Assembly (NCBI GenBank): GCA_033551855.1
Contig: JAWSUI010000001.1
Span: forward strand, 160,001 to 224,000
Direction: 5' to 3'
DNA length: 64,000 nt
Source of the DNA: Deferrisomatales bacterium
GTDB lineage: Bacteria; Desulfobacterota; Deferrisomatia; Deferrisomatales; JACRMM01
The notes below the pieces were generated by a model, which had not been told where the DNA came from, ran no database searches, and saw only the letters and a program-made list of their open reading frames with translations. Below are positions 9,622 to 19,806 of the stretch, in pieces. How positions within the stretch are numbered: the first letter of the stretch is position 1; every line of letters begins with the position of its first letter. Both the position numbers and the translations under genes were made by a program.

Positions 9622-10200
9622 ATGGCGGATGAAGAAAAGGCTGGCGGAAGCCCGTTGGAGGAGCCGGGCGAGGGCGTCCCCGATGCCGGCGGGGCTCCCG
9701 CCTCCCGGGCCGAGGTCCTGTCGGTGGAGGAGATCCTGGCAGAGAAGGATGCGCAGCTTGGCCAGCTCCGAGCCGAGCTGCTCTATCAGCGGGCCGAGCT
9801 GGAGAACTTCAAGCGGCGCACCGAGAAGCGGTACGGAGAAGCGCTGGCGTACGCTTCCGAGGGGCTGCTCAAGGACCTGCTTCCGGTGCTGGACAACCTG
9901 GAGCGGGCGCTCTCCCACGCCCGGGAGGGCGGGTCCGAAGGCATCGACTCCCTCATCGAGGGTCTGGACCACGTGCTCCAGCAATTCCTGGACGCCCTCG
10001 GGCGCCACGACGTGGCGCCCGTACCGTCCGACGGGGCCCGGTTCGACCCCGCTGTTCACGATGCCTTGGCGCAGGTGCCTGGAGCGGAGGACGGCTGGGT
10101 GGGTGATACCTACGAGAAGGGGTACACGTGGAAGGGACGGCTGCTGCGCCCGGCAAAAGTTACGGTCACCAAGGTTGCGGCGCCTTCGGGCGATGGTTAG
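9622..10200 (+). CDS. grpE: Nucleotide exchange factor GrpE
   Basis: RAELENFKRR, LLPVLDNLERAL, FDPAVHDA and GRLLRPAKVTV. Confidence 0.96.
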   Translation: MADEEKAGGSPLEEPGEGVPDAGGAPASRAEVLSVEEILAEKDAQLGQLRAELLYQRAELENFKRRTEKRYGEALAYASEGLLKDLLPVLDNLERALSHAREGGSEGIDSLIEGLDHVLQQFLDALGRHDVAPVPSDGARFDPAVHDALAQVPGAEDGWVGDTYEKGYTWKGRLLRPAKVTVTKVAAPSGDG

Positions 10201-10275
10201 AGTTCGGCAGGATGGAACCACGGGGGTGCCTAGGCGCCCCCGCTATCACGTGACGTGCGATGAGGAGGCACCCAT

Positions 10276-12177
10276 ATGGGCAAGATCATCGGTATCGATT
10301 TGGGCACCACGAACAGCGTGGTGGCGATCGTCGAGGGGGGAGACCCTGTCGTTATCACCAATCCGGAAGGCGGCCGGACGACCCCGAGCATGGTCGCGCT
10401 CTCCCCGGATGGCGAGCGGTTGGTGGGGCAGGCAGCCAAGCGCCAAGCAGTGACCAACCCGGAGAACACGGTCTTCGCGATCAAGCGCCTCATCGGCCGC
10501 AAGTTCACCGACCCCGAGGTAAAGAAAGATATGGGGATGGTGTCCTACAAGATCGTGGAAGGCACCAACGGGGATGCGTGGGTCGAGATCCGCGGGAAGA
10601 AGTACAGCCCGGCCGAGGTCTCCGCGTGGATCCTGCAGAAGATGAAGCAGACGGCGGAGGAGTACCTGGGCCACGAGGTCAAGGAGGCGGTGATCACCGT
10701 ACCTGCCTACTTCAACGACAGCCAGCGCCAGGCGACGAAGGACGCCGGCAGGATCGCGGGCCTGGAAGTGAAACGGATCATCAACGAGCCTACCGCCTCA
10801 GCGCTGGCCTACGGGCTGGAAAAGAAGGGAGAGCGGAAGATCGCCGTCTACGATCTGGGGGGAGGCACGTTCGACATCTCGATCCTCGAGATCGGCGAGG
10901 GGGTCTTCGAGGTCAAGAGCACGAACGGCAACACCTTTCTCGGGGGTGAGGACTTCGACAAGCGGCTCATCGACTACCTGGCCGACGAGTTCAAGAAGGA
11001 GCAGGGCATCGACCTCCGGGGCGACAAGATGGCGCTGCAGCGCCTCAAGGAGGGGGCCGAGAAGGCCAAGATGGAGCTCTCCACCACGATGGAGACCACG
11101 GTCAATCTGCCGTTCATCACGGCGGACCAGAACGGGCCCAAACACCTGAACATCCGCATCACGAGGGCAAAGCTCGAGCAGTTGGTGGGGGACTTGGTGG
11201 ACGCGACCGAGGGACCCTGCCGCCAAGCGCTCAAGGACGCGGGCCTGTCCCCTTCCCAGATCGACGACGTCATCCTGGTGGGGGGCATGACCCGGATGCC
11301 CAAAGTCCAGGAGAAGGTGGAGCAGCTCTTCGGGAGAAAGCCCCACAAGGGGGTGAACCCGGACGAGGCGGTGGCGGTGGGTGCGGGCATCCAGGCCGCG
11401 GTGCTGGCCGGCGAGGTCAAGGACGTGCTCCTCCTCGACGTCACGCCCCTCTCCCTCGGGATCGAGACCCTCGGAGGCGTCTTCACGCGGATCATCGACC
11501 GCAACACGACGGTGCCCTGTCGGAAGAGCCAGATCTTCTCCACCGCGGATGACAATCAGACAGCCGTGTCGATCCACGTGCTCCAGGGGGAGCGCGACAT
11601 GGCCCGGGACAACAAGACCATTGGCCGGTTCGAGCTGGTGGGGATTCCCCCGGCTCCCCGCGGCCTTCCCCAGATCGAGGTGACCTTCGACATCGACGCC
11701 AATGGGATCCTGCACGTATCGGCCAAGGACATGGCGACGGGGAAGGAGCAATCCATCGAGATCAAGGCCTCCTCCGGGTTGAGCGAGGAGGAGATCAAGC
11801 GGATGGTGCGCGACGCGGAGGTGCACGCCGAGGAGGACCACCGCAAACGGGAGCTCGTCGAGGAGCGCAACAAGCTCGACGGGCTGATCTACTCCACGGA
11901 GAAGAGCCTCAAGGAGTTCGGGGACAAGGTGGACCCGGCCAGCCGTACCCAGATCGAATCCGCCTTGACGGAGGCCAAGTCGGCGCTGGACGCCGGGGAC
12001 GTCTCCCGGATCCGCTCGGCCTTCGAGGCGCTGACCCAGGCTTCCCACAAGTTGGCCGAAGAGATGTACAAGAAGGCGGGCTCGGGCGGGGATCCGGGAG
12101 CCGGAGGCGCCTCCGGCGGCCCCGCGGGTAGCGCGGACGAAGGGGTGGTCGACGCGGACTTCGAAGAGGTGAAGTGA
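10276..12177 (+). CDS. dnaK: Chaperone DnaK (Hsp70)
   Basis: [36 protein letters not shown] and C-terminal [10 protein letters not shown]. Confidence 0.99.
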   Translation: MGKIIGIDLGTTNSVVAIVEGGDPVVITNPEGGRTTPSMVALSPDGERLVGQAAKRQAVTNPENTVFAIKRLIGRKFTDPEVKKDMGMVSYKIVEGTNGDAWVEIRGKKYSPAEVSAWILQKMKQTAEEYLGHEVKEAVITVPAYFNDSQRQATKDAGRIAGLEVKRIINEPTASALAYGLEKKGERKIAVYDLGGGTFDISILEIGEGVFEVKSTNGNTFLGGEDFDKRLIDYLADEFKKEQGIDLRGDKMALQRLKEGAEKAKMELSTTMETTVNLPFITADQNGPKHLNIRITRAKLEQLVGDLVDATEGPCRQALKDAGLSPSQIDDVILVGGMTRMPKVQEKVEQLFGRKPHKGVNPDEAVAVGAGIQAAVLAGEVKDVLLLDVTPLSLGIETLGGVFTRIIDRNTTVPCRKSQIFSTADDNQTAVSIHVLQGERDMARDNKTIGRFELVGIPPAPRGLPQIEVTFDIDANGILHVSAKDMATGKEQSIEIKASSGLSEEEIKRMVRDAEVHAEEDHRKRELVEERNKLDGLIYSTEKSLKEFGDKVDPASRTQIESALTEAKSALDAGDVSRIRSAFEALTQASHKLAEEMYKKAGSGGDPGAGGASGGPAGSADEGVVDADFEEVK

Positions 12178-12194
12178 CACCGAACCGCCCATGA

Positions 12195-12220
12195 CCGGGG
12201 GGCCCGAAAGGGCCCCCCGG
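12195..12220 (+). terminator. Strong hairpin between dnaK and dnaJ (terminator or mRNA stabiliser)
   Basis: CCGGGGGGCCC-GAAA-GGGCCCCCCGG: 11-bp stem with a GNRA loop, but no U-tract. Confidence 0.6.
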
Positions 12221-12311
12221 CCTGCTTCATCCCCCCTGCCCGCCAGGCCGCCCCCCCATCTCCCTGCGCATCCGGCAGGCGCCCGGCGGCTCCTTCTCCC
12301 TCAGGGATCCC

Positions 12312-13424
12312 GTGGCCGACACCGATTACTACCAGATCCTGGGCGTTCACCGAAACGCGAGCGACGCCGAGATCAAGAAGGCGTTCCGGCAGCTCGCCTT
12401 GCAGTGGCACCCGGATCGCAACCCGGGGAACACCGAGGCGGAGGCGCGCTTCAAGGAGGCCGCGGAGGCCTATGAGGTGCTGTCGGACCCGGCCCGCCGG
12501 ACCGAGTACGATCGATTCGGACGGGTGGGTCAGGGCGGGCCGCGGGAGCACACGGACCGCGGGTTCGGTTTCCACACCAACGTCGACGACCTCTTCAGCG
12601 AGATCTTTGGGGACATCTTTGGCCAGCGCAGGCCCCGAGGCCCTCGGCCCGAGAGAGGAGCGGACCTCCGCTACAACCTGACCATGGACTTCGCGGAGGG
12701 GGTGTTTGGCTGCACCAAGGAGCTGGAGATCCCCCTGCGGCGGCCGTGCCCCGAGTGCGGTGGTTCCGGCGCCCGCCGGGGTACCTCCCCGGCTCCATGC
12801 CCCGACTGCCATGGGCAGGGGCGGGTGCGGTACCAGCAGGGGTTCTTCAGTGTCGAGCGGGAGTGCCACCGCTGCGGGGGCGAAGGACGGGTCGCGCTGG
12901 ACCCGTGTCCCGAGTGCGGGGGCAGAGGCTTGGTCCAGCAGCGAAGGCGCCTCAACGTGCGGGTGCCGCCCGGTGTCGAGACGGGGTCGAGGCTCCGGGT
13001 GGCCGGAGAGGGGGAGGCCGGAACCCACGGCGGTCCTCCGGGGGACCTCTACGTCGTCCTGACGGTGCGCCCTCACCCCCTTTTCTCCCGTCATGGGCAA
13101 CATCTGGTGTGCGAGGTGCCGGTGTCGATGGGGCAGGCCGCACTGGGAGCGGAGATCGAGGTGCCCACCCTGGAGGGCCCGGCTCGGGTCCGGGTGCCGG
13201 CCGGGACGCAGCACGGAGAGGTGCTCTCCCTGAAGGGAAAGGGAGTGCCCCGGGGCGAGAAAGGGCGGCGAGGGGAGCTCAAGCTCGTGATCCAGGTGGA
13301 GGTGCCGCGGAGTCTTACGCCGCGGCAAGAGGAGCTGCTGCGGGAGTTCGAGGCCCTGCGGGTCGAGGAGGGCGGCTCCGCGGTGAGCCGCTTCCTCGAG
13401 GCGGTACGCAAGTTCTTCGGTTGA
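12312..13424 (+). CDS. dnaJ: Chaperone DnaJ
   Basis: J-domain with HPD, four CxxCxGxG zinc-finger repeats and GDLYVVL. Confidence 0.98.
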   Translation: MADTDYYQILGVHRNASDAEIKKAFRQLALQWHPDRNPGNTEAEARFKEAAEAYEVLSDPARRTEYDRFGRVGQGGPREHTDRGFGFHTNVDDLFSEIFGDIFGQRRPRGPRPERGADLRYNLTMDFAEGVFGCTKELEIPLRRPCPECGGSGARRGTSPAPCPDCHGQGRVRYQQGFFSVERECHRCGGEGRVALDPCPECGGRGLVQQRRRLNVRVPPGVETGSRLRVAGEGEAGTHGGPPGDLYVVLTVRPHPLFSRHGQHLVCEVPVSMGQAALGAEIEVPTLEGPARVRVPAGTQHGEVLSLKGKGVPRGEKGRRGELKLVIQVEVPRSLTPRQEELLREFEALRVEEGGSAVSRFLEAVRKFFG

Positions 13425-13715
13425 AATGCGACACCGGGATCCTTCTCCGGGTCGCCGTGGCGGGGCTGGAGAGATCGGGATCGGAAGCCGGAGCCCGCTG
13501 CACCCAGCCACGGCAGCGGGTGGAAACCGCGGAGGCTCGGCCCAGCGGATCCCCCGAGCGACGCCGCCCCGGAGTCGCCCCGGATGGCGGGACGACCCGC
13601 GGGGATTCCGGACCGCCGAGGCTCACAAGGGGCGGCCCCGGGGCCCCCGGTGTTTGCCTCGGCCAAGGCCCCTCTGGTACCCTCCGGGTATCGTAACCCT
13701 TCCGCACCGGCCAAG

Positions 13716-15545
13716 ATGACCTCTCGGCGACCTGCCAGGGCCCTGCCCCTGCTCTTCCTGTTTGCGGCCGCCTGCGCGGTCGCTCCCCGGCCGGTGCCCC
13801 CGCCGCCGGCGCACCCCGTTGCTCCTCCCGCACCGGCGGAGACGCGGGTGGGTCTTCCCGCACCCGAAGTGGAGCCTCCACCGCTGCCGGTCCTCGCTCC
13901 CCGTCCCGATCCCGGGGAGGTGGGGGCGCTCCTGGACGAGGGGCGCTTCCGGGAGGCCCTGGAGGCCTTGGCGGCACCGGAGGAAGGTTGGCCGGGAACC
14001 CTGTGGGCCATGCGGGCGGGGGCGCTGGCGGGGCTGGGGCGCCGGGCGGAGGCGGCCCGGGCGCTGGGCGCCGCGCTGGCGGCGGGGGGCGAAGGGACCC
14101 ACCTCCACCGGGTTGCGTTGCGATCCCTTCTGGAGCTCCTGGAGGAAGAGGAGCTGGAGGAGGTGGTGTGGGCGTGCCCCCTCTGCCCGGAGGCAGGGTA
14201 CGCCCTCCTGCGCTGGGCTCAGGTGCGCGACGCAGCGGGGGACAGGGAGAGCGCGGAATCCCTCTTGCGGGAGGTCGCTCGGGGCTTCGGCGGAACGCCC
14301 CCGGCCGACGAGGCCGAAGCACTGCTCGCGCGGTGGTCGGCTGACCGGGCCGGGACGCCGGGACTCTACGGACTCCTCCTGCCCCTCTCGGGGCCCATCC
14401 ACCTGATCGGAGAGCGTGCCCTGCGGGGAGCCTTGGTGGCCTCCGGGCTCCTCGACGGGGAGGAGGATCCGGGCATTCGGTTGGTGGTGGTCGATTCCAG
14501 GGGCGAGGCCGAGGCGGCGGCCCAGGGCGTGAGGGACCTGGCGGCCCAAGGGGTGATGGGCATCCTCGGTCCCCTTCGCGCCGCCGCGGCGGGCGAGGCC
14601 GCCCGAGTGGCGCGGGAGGTCGGGGTGCCGCTGCTGGCCCCTTCCCCAAGCCCGGCAGCCTCCGGCGGCGGCGCGTTTCGCCTCTATCTGCGGGAGGAGG
14701 ACGAGATCGCCCGCCTGGTGGAGCACGCCGTCCTCCGGCGGGGCCTGTCCCGCTTCGCCATCCTGTACCCCGAAACACCCTTGGGGAGGCGCTACCGGGA
14801 TCTCTTCTGGGACGAGGCCGTGGCCCGGGGAGCCGAGATCACCGGCGTGGAGGCCTTTCCCGCGGGCTCGCGCGATCTGGGCGACGAGATCCGGCGGCTC
14901 ACCGGGGTCTTCGCGCTCACCGAGGCCGAGGTGCGCCGGCGGTTCCTCGAAGAGGAGCGACTTCGGTCGGGCCGAGAGCAAGCGCTGCTCTCGGCTCTGG
15001 GCCTGTCGGAGGAAGCCGGGGGTGGGAGCGGGGAGCACATCGACCCCGAACGCCTCACCCGGTACAAGCCTCCGCCGATCGTGGACTTCGATGCGGTGTT
15101 TCTTCCAGCATCCGGTCTGGACGCCGCTCAGATCGCGCCCCAACTCCCCTTCCATGACGTGGAGGGCGTCTTGCTGCTCGGCATCCGGACCTGGAATCAC
15201 CCTTCCCTGGTCCAGGTGGGGCAGGAGTACGTCGCCCGGGCCCTCTTCCCGGCCGAGTTCCACCCCGGCCTCCCTGGAGCCGTCGACTTTGCCGTCCGGT
15301 ACCAGCGCGAGTACGGGGAGGTCCCGGGTGTCATCGAGGCCTACGCCTACGACGGGATGAAGCTCCTCCGAGAGCTCGCTTCGCCGTCGGGAGCCGGGGG
15401 CCGGGCCGAGCTGCGCCGTCGCCTGGAGGCCCTGTGGGCGGCGCCCGGCGTCACCGGACCGCTCACGGCCCATCCGTCGGGCGACATCTCCGCTGAGCCA
15501 AAGATCCTGACCGTGCGTCGCGGCCGGATCGTCCCCGCGGAATGA
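13716..15545 (+). CDS. Lipoprotein, LpoA/LppC-like penicillin-binding-protein activator (type 1 periplasmic binding fold)
   Basis: Lipobox FAAAC, Pro-rich linker, TPR-like helices, then GLLLPLSG, ILGPL, DFDAVFLP..IAPQL and EAYAYDG. Confidence 0.7.
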   Translation: MTSRRPARALPLLFLFAAACAVAPRPVPPPPAHPVAPPAPAETRVGLPAPEVEPPPLPVLAPRPDPGEVGALLDEGRFREALEALAAPEEGWPGTLWAMRAGALAGLGRRAEAARALGAALAAGGEGTHLHRVALRSLLELLEEEELEEVVWACPLCPEAGYALLRWAQVRDAAGDRESAESLLREVARGFGGTPPADEAEALLARWSADRAGTPGLYGLLLPLSGPIHLIGERALRGALVASGLLDGEEDPGIRLVVVDSRGEAEAAAQGVRDLAAQGVMGILGPLRAAAAGEAARVAREVGVPLLAPSPSPAASGGGAFRLYLREEDEIARLVEHAVLRRGLSRFAILYPETPLGRRYRDLFWDEAVARGAEITGVEAFPAGSRDLGDEIRRLTGVFALTEAEVRRRFLEEERLRSGREQALLSALGLSEEAGGGSGEHIDPERLTRYKPPPIVDFDAVFLPASGLDAAQIAPQLPFHDVEGVLLLGIRTWNHPSLVQVGQEYVARALFPAEFHPGLPGAVDFAVRYQREYGEVPGVIEAYAYDGMKLLRELASPSGAGGRAELRRRLEALWAAPGVTGPLTAHPSGDISAEPKILTVRRGRIVPAE

Positions 15546-15615
15546 AGGGACGATCCTGACGGTGGAGGCGGTGCCCCGGGTCTGTCGCTGTCCCGGCCGC
15601 CCCTGTAGGGGCAGG

Positions 15616-16101
15616 CTATTCTCCGACCTTGGCCTTCTGGCGAGTCAGGAGGCCGATGTGTCGGAGCTCCTCGTCGATGAGGGCATCCAGGCCTGGGGCG
15701 CGGGGCAGGAGCTGCTTCATCGCGCTGTAGAAGACCACCGAGTCCTTCTCGAACTGGATCGCCAGGTCCAGGAGGGCCGCCGCTGAGGTGCAGCGGGCCA
15801 CGAGCCCCCCGATGTCCCGGTTCTTGACGAAGACGTGCCCGTCGGCCGTGGCCCGGATGTACTCCCGCTCCTCATCCGCCGGGTCGAAGGCCCCTCCCTC
15901 GCTCGCCTGGGACGGGAGCTTGCGGCGCAACTCCTCGAAGAGCTCCACGTGCTTGGTCTCCCAGGCCGCGAGCTCCTTGCACAGTGCCCGCACCTGCGGG
16001 TCGGTGGTGGCCGCGGCGGCTGCCGTGTAGAAGGCCCGGCCGTTCTTCTCGATCTCCACGCCCACCAGATAGATCTCGTCGACGTTCATGTAGTACGACA
16101 T
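15616..16101 (-). CDS. Rubrerythrin/ferritin-like diiron protein
   Basis: IEKNGRAFY...WETKH and FEKDSVVFY...EELRH di-iron motif pairs; last gene of the flx-hdr cluster. Confidence 0.85.
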   Translation of the reverse strand: MSYYMNVDEIYLVGVEIEKNGRAFYTAAAAATTDPQVRALCKELAAWETKHVELFEELRRKLPSQASEGGAFDPADEEREYIRATADGHVFVKNRDIGGLVARCTSAAALLDLAIQFEKDSVVFYSAMKQLLPRAPGLDALIDEELRHIGLLTRQKAKVGE

Positions 16102-16140
16102 GCCGGGCTCCTTGCCTCATAGCGAAACCAGTAAAGATCC

Positions 16141-16240
16141 CTGGACGGGATTACAGGAAGGAACGGCTGAAAGCTCTCTTGGAAAGCCGAGGAGGAATTT
16201 TTGGTTCTGTCGCGCCGTTGATCCAGTAGATCCCGTCAAG
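16141..16240. repeat. Intergenic inverted-repeat element, family B copy 1
   Basis: CTGGACGGGATTACAGGA ... TCCAGTAGATCCCGTCAAG. Confidence 0.65.
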
Positions 16241-16248
16241 GTGCTTCC

Positions 16249-17109
16249 TCAGTACTCCGGGGTCAGCTCGTCGAGCTCGGCGAAGGAGAACACGGGGCCG
16301 TCCTTGCACACGTACTTGTGCCCCACGTTGCAGCGGCCGCACTTGCCGATGCCGCACTTCATGCGCATCTCCAGGGAAGTGATGATGTTCTCCTTGGAGA
16401 AGCCGAGCTCGAAGAAGACCGGCAAGGTGAAGCGGATCATGATCGGCGGGCCGCACAGGACGCACACCGCGTTCTCGGCGCTCGGAGCCACGTCCTTGCA
16501 CACCGCGGGCACGAACCCCTCCCGCCCGGTCCACTGCTCGTCGCCCTTGTCCACGGTGACGTGCAGGTCCACGTCGCCCCGCTGCCCCCACTCCCGGAGC
16601 TCGTCCTTGTAGAGCAGCAGGCCGGGGTTCCGGGCGCCGTACACGACCGTGATCTTCCCAAAGCGGCCGCGGTTCTCCGGAACGATCATGTAGTTCAGGA
16701 GCGAGCGCAGGGTGGTGAACGCAAAGCCGCCGCCCACGATGACGACGCTCTTCCCTTCCAGGAACTCGAGGGGCCACGAATTGCCGAGGGGCCCGCGGAT
16801 GCCCATCCGCTGGCCCTCCTCCATCTCGTGGAGGGCGGTGGTCACCACGCCGGCCTTCTGGACCGTGAACTCCACGTACCCCGGTTGGGTGGGGGAAGAG
16901 GCGATGCCGATGGGGGACTCCCCCTTGCCGAAGATCGACAACTCGGCGAACTGGCCGGGTGTGTACCCGAACCGCGCCTCGTCCTCCGGGTTCACGAAGG
17001 TGAAGCGAAAGGTCTTGATGTCCTTCGTGTCCACCTCGGTGATGATCTTTGCGATCTCCACCGGAATCGGCACGTACGGATTGTCCCTATCAGCGCATAC
17101 GCAGGCCAT
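16249..17109 (-). CDS. flxA: FlxA-like FAD/NAD(P)H-binding subunit (AsrB/HydG family)
   Basis: PGQFAELS, GIRGPLGN, GGGFAFTTLRS, CGPPIM and the [2Fe-2S] motif MKCGIGKCGRC...VCKDGPVF. Confidence 0.85.
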   Translation of the reverse strand: MACVCADRDNPYVPIPVEIAKIITEVDTKDIKTFRFTFVNPEDEARFGYTPGQFAELSIFGKGESPIGIASSPTQPGYVEFTVQKAGVVTTALHEMEEGQRMGIRGPLGNSWPLEFLEGKSVVIVGGGFAFTTLRSLLNYMIVPENRGRFGKITVVYGARNPGLLLYKDELREWGQRGDVDLHVTVDKGDEQWTGREGFVPAVCKDVAPSAENAVCVLCGPPIMIRFTLPVFFELGFSKENIITSLEMRMKCGIGKCGRCNVGHKYVCKDGPVFSFAELDELTPEY

Positions 17110-17129
17110 GTGTTTCCTCGAAAAGTCTC

Positions 17130-17239
17130 TTTGACATGATAACAGGATGGACAGGATGTTCGGGCCTTCGAACCTCTACCCGTTGTAGTTGAATTCATAT
17201 TAAAGAAGATCTATGCCCTATCCTGTTATCCTGTCGAAA
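17130..17239. repeat. Intergenic inverted-repeat element, family B copy 2
   Basis: TTGACATGATAACAGGATGGACAGGAT ... ATCCTGTTATCCTGTCGAA around an AT-rich core. Confidence 0.75.
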
Positions 17240-17249
17240 CAACTTCAGG

Positions 17250-18278
17250 TCAGATCCTGGCCACATCCTGAACGATCTTGCGGATGTCCAGGTTCACGGG
17301 GCAGTTCAGAACGCACCGGCCGCAGCCCACACATCCCACAAGGTCGAAGTTCTCGGGGATGTAGCGGAACTTGTGCATCACACGCTGGCGCCAGCGCTCC
17401 TTCTGGCTGGACCGGGGATTGTGGCCCGAGGCCTCCTTGGTGAAGAGCGGGAACATGCAGGAGTCCCAGCTCCGCAGCCGCACGCCGTCGTCCCGCTGCA
17501 CCTCGTCGCTGATGTCGAAGCAGTGGCACGTGGGGCAGATGTAGGTGCACGTGCCGCAGGCCAGGCACTTGCCGTGGAGGTCCGCCCAGAACGGATGGTC
17601 GAAGTTCTCCTGGAGAATCGGCTTGATCTCCCGGGCCGGCACCCGGGAGCGGATGGCTCCCCGGGCCCCCTCGGCCACTCGGTCCTTGCGCGCGTCGACC
17701 TGCTCGTCGGGCGGGAGGGAGCCCTCGAAGAAGGGCAGGAGCGCGCGGCCCTTCTCGGTCAGGAACTCGGCCAGGAGGTCGTTCCCCAGGTCCGTCAGCA
17801 GGACGTCGACCCCTGTCGGGTCGGCCGGCACCGGGTCTCCCCCCACCGAAGTGCAAAAGCACGCGGCGTAGGGGGGCTCGCTGCAGGCCAGCGCGACGAC
17901 CGCGGTCCGGTCGCGGTGGGCCGTGTAGTATGGGTCTCGGCACCCCGGCTGGTCGAACACCCGGTCCAGGAGCAGGAAACTCTGGGCATCGCAGGGCCGC
18001 ACCAGCACCACGGCCTCGGCAGGGTCGTTCCCGGTGCCGGTCTGCTCCATGCCCTTCGGCGTCCGGGTGAACCGCATTAGGGTCTCGGTGTGGGGGAAAA
18101 AGACGTTCTTCGGGGCGTTGCGGGTATTGCGAAAGGCGAGCTCCGGCTCCCGGCCGGGCTCGAGGGGCCCGAACACCACGTTGTCGCCCACCCTCACCGG
18201 GCCGAGCACGCGCTTGGCGGCGGAGAGCCGCCTCAGCGCCTCGGCGAGGTCTTCCTTCTTGAGAAGTCGCTTTTCCAT
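17250..18278 (-). CDS. flxB: FlxB-like 4Fe-4S protein (AsrA family)
   Basis: Start MEKRLLKK at 18278; RPCDA, CFCTS, CLACGTCTYICPTCHCF and CVGCGRCVLNCP. Confidence 0.85.
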   Translation of the reverse strand: MEKRLLKKEDLAEALRRLSAAKRVLGPVRVGDNVVFGPLEPGREPELAFRNTRNAPKNVFFPHTETLMRFTRTPKGMEQTGTGNDPAEAVVLVRPCDAQSFLLLDRVFDQPGCRDPYYTAHRDRTAVVALACSEPPYAACFCTSVGGDPVPADPTGVDVLLTDLGNDLLAEFLTEKGRALLPFFEGSLPPDEQVDARKDRVAEGARGAIRSRVPAREIKPILQENFDHPFWADLHGKCLACGTCTYICPTCHCFDISDEVQRDDGVRLRSWDSCMFPLFTKEASGHNPRSSQKERWRQRVMHKFRYIPENFDLVGCVGCGRCVLNCPVNLDIRKIVQDVARI

Positions 18279-18301
18279 GGGTTCCCTCGCGCGGGCCGGT
18301 G

Positions 18302-19147
18302 TCACAGGAAGATGCCCACCTGACGCAGCAGCGGCATGGGGTCGACGTGGTGGAACTTGAGCCACTTGCCCGCATCGGGCGAGCCCATGGCCAGTCCCAT
18401 GAGCTCCGAGAAGTAGAAGATGGGCATGCCCTGGCTGGCGCGCATATCGAGGTTGGCCATGCACTCGGGGCACGCGGTGACGATGCAGTTGGCGCCGGCC
18501 TCCCGGGCCATGTCCACCAGCCGGTCCACGAGGCGTACGACCTGCTCGGTGCGAGCCACCGTCAGCGCGCCGCCGCAACAGTCGGTCTTGAAGGACCACG
18601 GTCGTGCCTCCGCCCCCAGGGCTTCCACGAGGCGGTCCATGGTCGTGGGGTTCTCGGGGTCGTCGAACCGACACACGTCGGGCGGTCGCACGAGGAGACA
18701 GCCGTAGTAGCTCACGACCTTGAGCCCCGCCAGCTTGCGCGTCACCTTCTCCCGCACCGTCTCGAGGCCCACCTGGTTGACGTAGAAGTCCACCGAGTTC
18801 TGGATCTCCAGGTCTTCCTTGAGGCGGCCCTGGAGCTCCTCCTCCATCCGAGCCTTGAGCTCGGGGTCCCGGTGGAGGTGGTGCTCGGCGGACTTGAACC
18901 GGTTGAAGCAGGCTGCGCAGGGCACCATGACGTCCAGGCCACGCTTCTGGGCCGCCATCAGGTTGCGTGCGGGCAGGGCGACCGAAAGCTCGAAGTTGGT
19001 GGCGTGGGCTGAGCTGGCGCCGCAGCAGGTCCACCCGTCCACCTCCACGAGGTTCACCCCCAAGGCTTTGCTCACGGCCTGGATCGACTGGTCGTAACCC
19101 TTTGCCGTGCCGTGCATGCAGCAGCCGGGATAGTACGAAACGTTCAA
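18302..19147 (-). CDS. hdrB: Heterodisulfide reductase subunit B
   Basis: Two CCG domains: YYPGC, WTCCG, PCAAC, YYGC, DCCG and ACPECMANLD. Confidence 0.93.
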   Translation of the reverse strand: MNVSYYPGCCMHGTAKGYDQSIQAVSKALGVNLVEVDGWTCCGASSAHATNFELSVALPARNLMAAQKRGLDVMVPCAACFNRFKSAEHHLHRDPELKARMEEELQGRLKEDLEIQNSVDFYVNQVGLETVREKVTRKLAGLKVVSYYGCLLVRPPDVCRFDDPENPTTMDRLVEALGAEARPWSFKTDCCGGALTVARTEQVVRLVDRLVDMAREAGANCIVTACPECMANLDMRASQGMPIFYFSELMGLAMGSPDAGKWLKFHHVDPMPLLRQVGIFL

Positions 19148-19243
19148 CGAGAGTCTCCTTTGCCAGGGTCGCCGCTCACCGGCGACCGACGTCTCCTTCC
19201 CTCCCTGTGGGAGGAGGGGGTGTCTCCCCAGAAGCCTCTGTTC

Positions 19244-19786
19244 CTAATGGGCCCCGTTGCCGTTCTTCTTCGTGCTGCCGAAGAGCCTGCGCACCTCCTT
19301 CTTTCCCTCGACCCGCGGGCCGAAGAGCGGCAATCGGCCCTTGGCGAACATGGACAAGCCGATGCCCACGTCAGAAAAGAGGTCGCCGCTCTTGAGCTTG
19401 TAGGCGCACACCATGAGGGCTTCGTGGATCCGGCCCCCCTTCTGGATGCTGTCGAGAAAGGCCTCGTGGAACGCCACGACCCTTTTCTCGGCGACGCGTG
19501 CGCCGGACTCCAGTGCCATTTGCCGCAGCACGTCGAACATCCGGGCGATGTCGACCTCGTTGGGGCACCGCATCGTGCAGGTCTCGCAGGAGACGCACAG
19601 CCAGATGGCCGAGCTCTCCAGCACCGCCTGCCGCTGGTCCTGCTGCACCATCCTCACCACGGCGTTGGGCTTGTAGTCCATGGCCACGGCCATCGGGCAA
19701 CCGGCGGTGCACTTGCGACAGTGGAAACATCGCTGCAGCGGCGCGCCCTTGACCTGGGAGTTCACGTCTTCGAGAAAAGTCTCCAT
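19244..19786 (-). CDS. hdrC: Heterodisulfide reductase subunit C
   Basis: Start METFLEDV at 19786; CFHCRKCTAGCP and WLCVSCETCTMRCP. Confidence 0.92.
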   Translation of the reverse strand: METFLEDVNSQVKGAPLQRCFHCRKCTAGCPMAVAMDYKPNAVVRMVQQDQRQAVLESSAIWLCVSCETCTMRCPNEVDIARMFDVLRQMALESGARVAEKRVVAFHEAFLDSIQKGGRIHEALMVCAYKLKSGDLFSDVGIGLSMFAKGRLPLFGPRVEGKKEVRRLFGSTKKNGNGAH

Positions 19787-19806
19787 TGCCTCACTCGTTC
19801 CCAACC

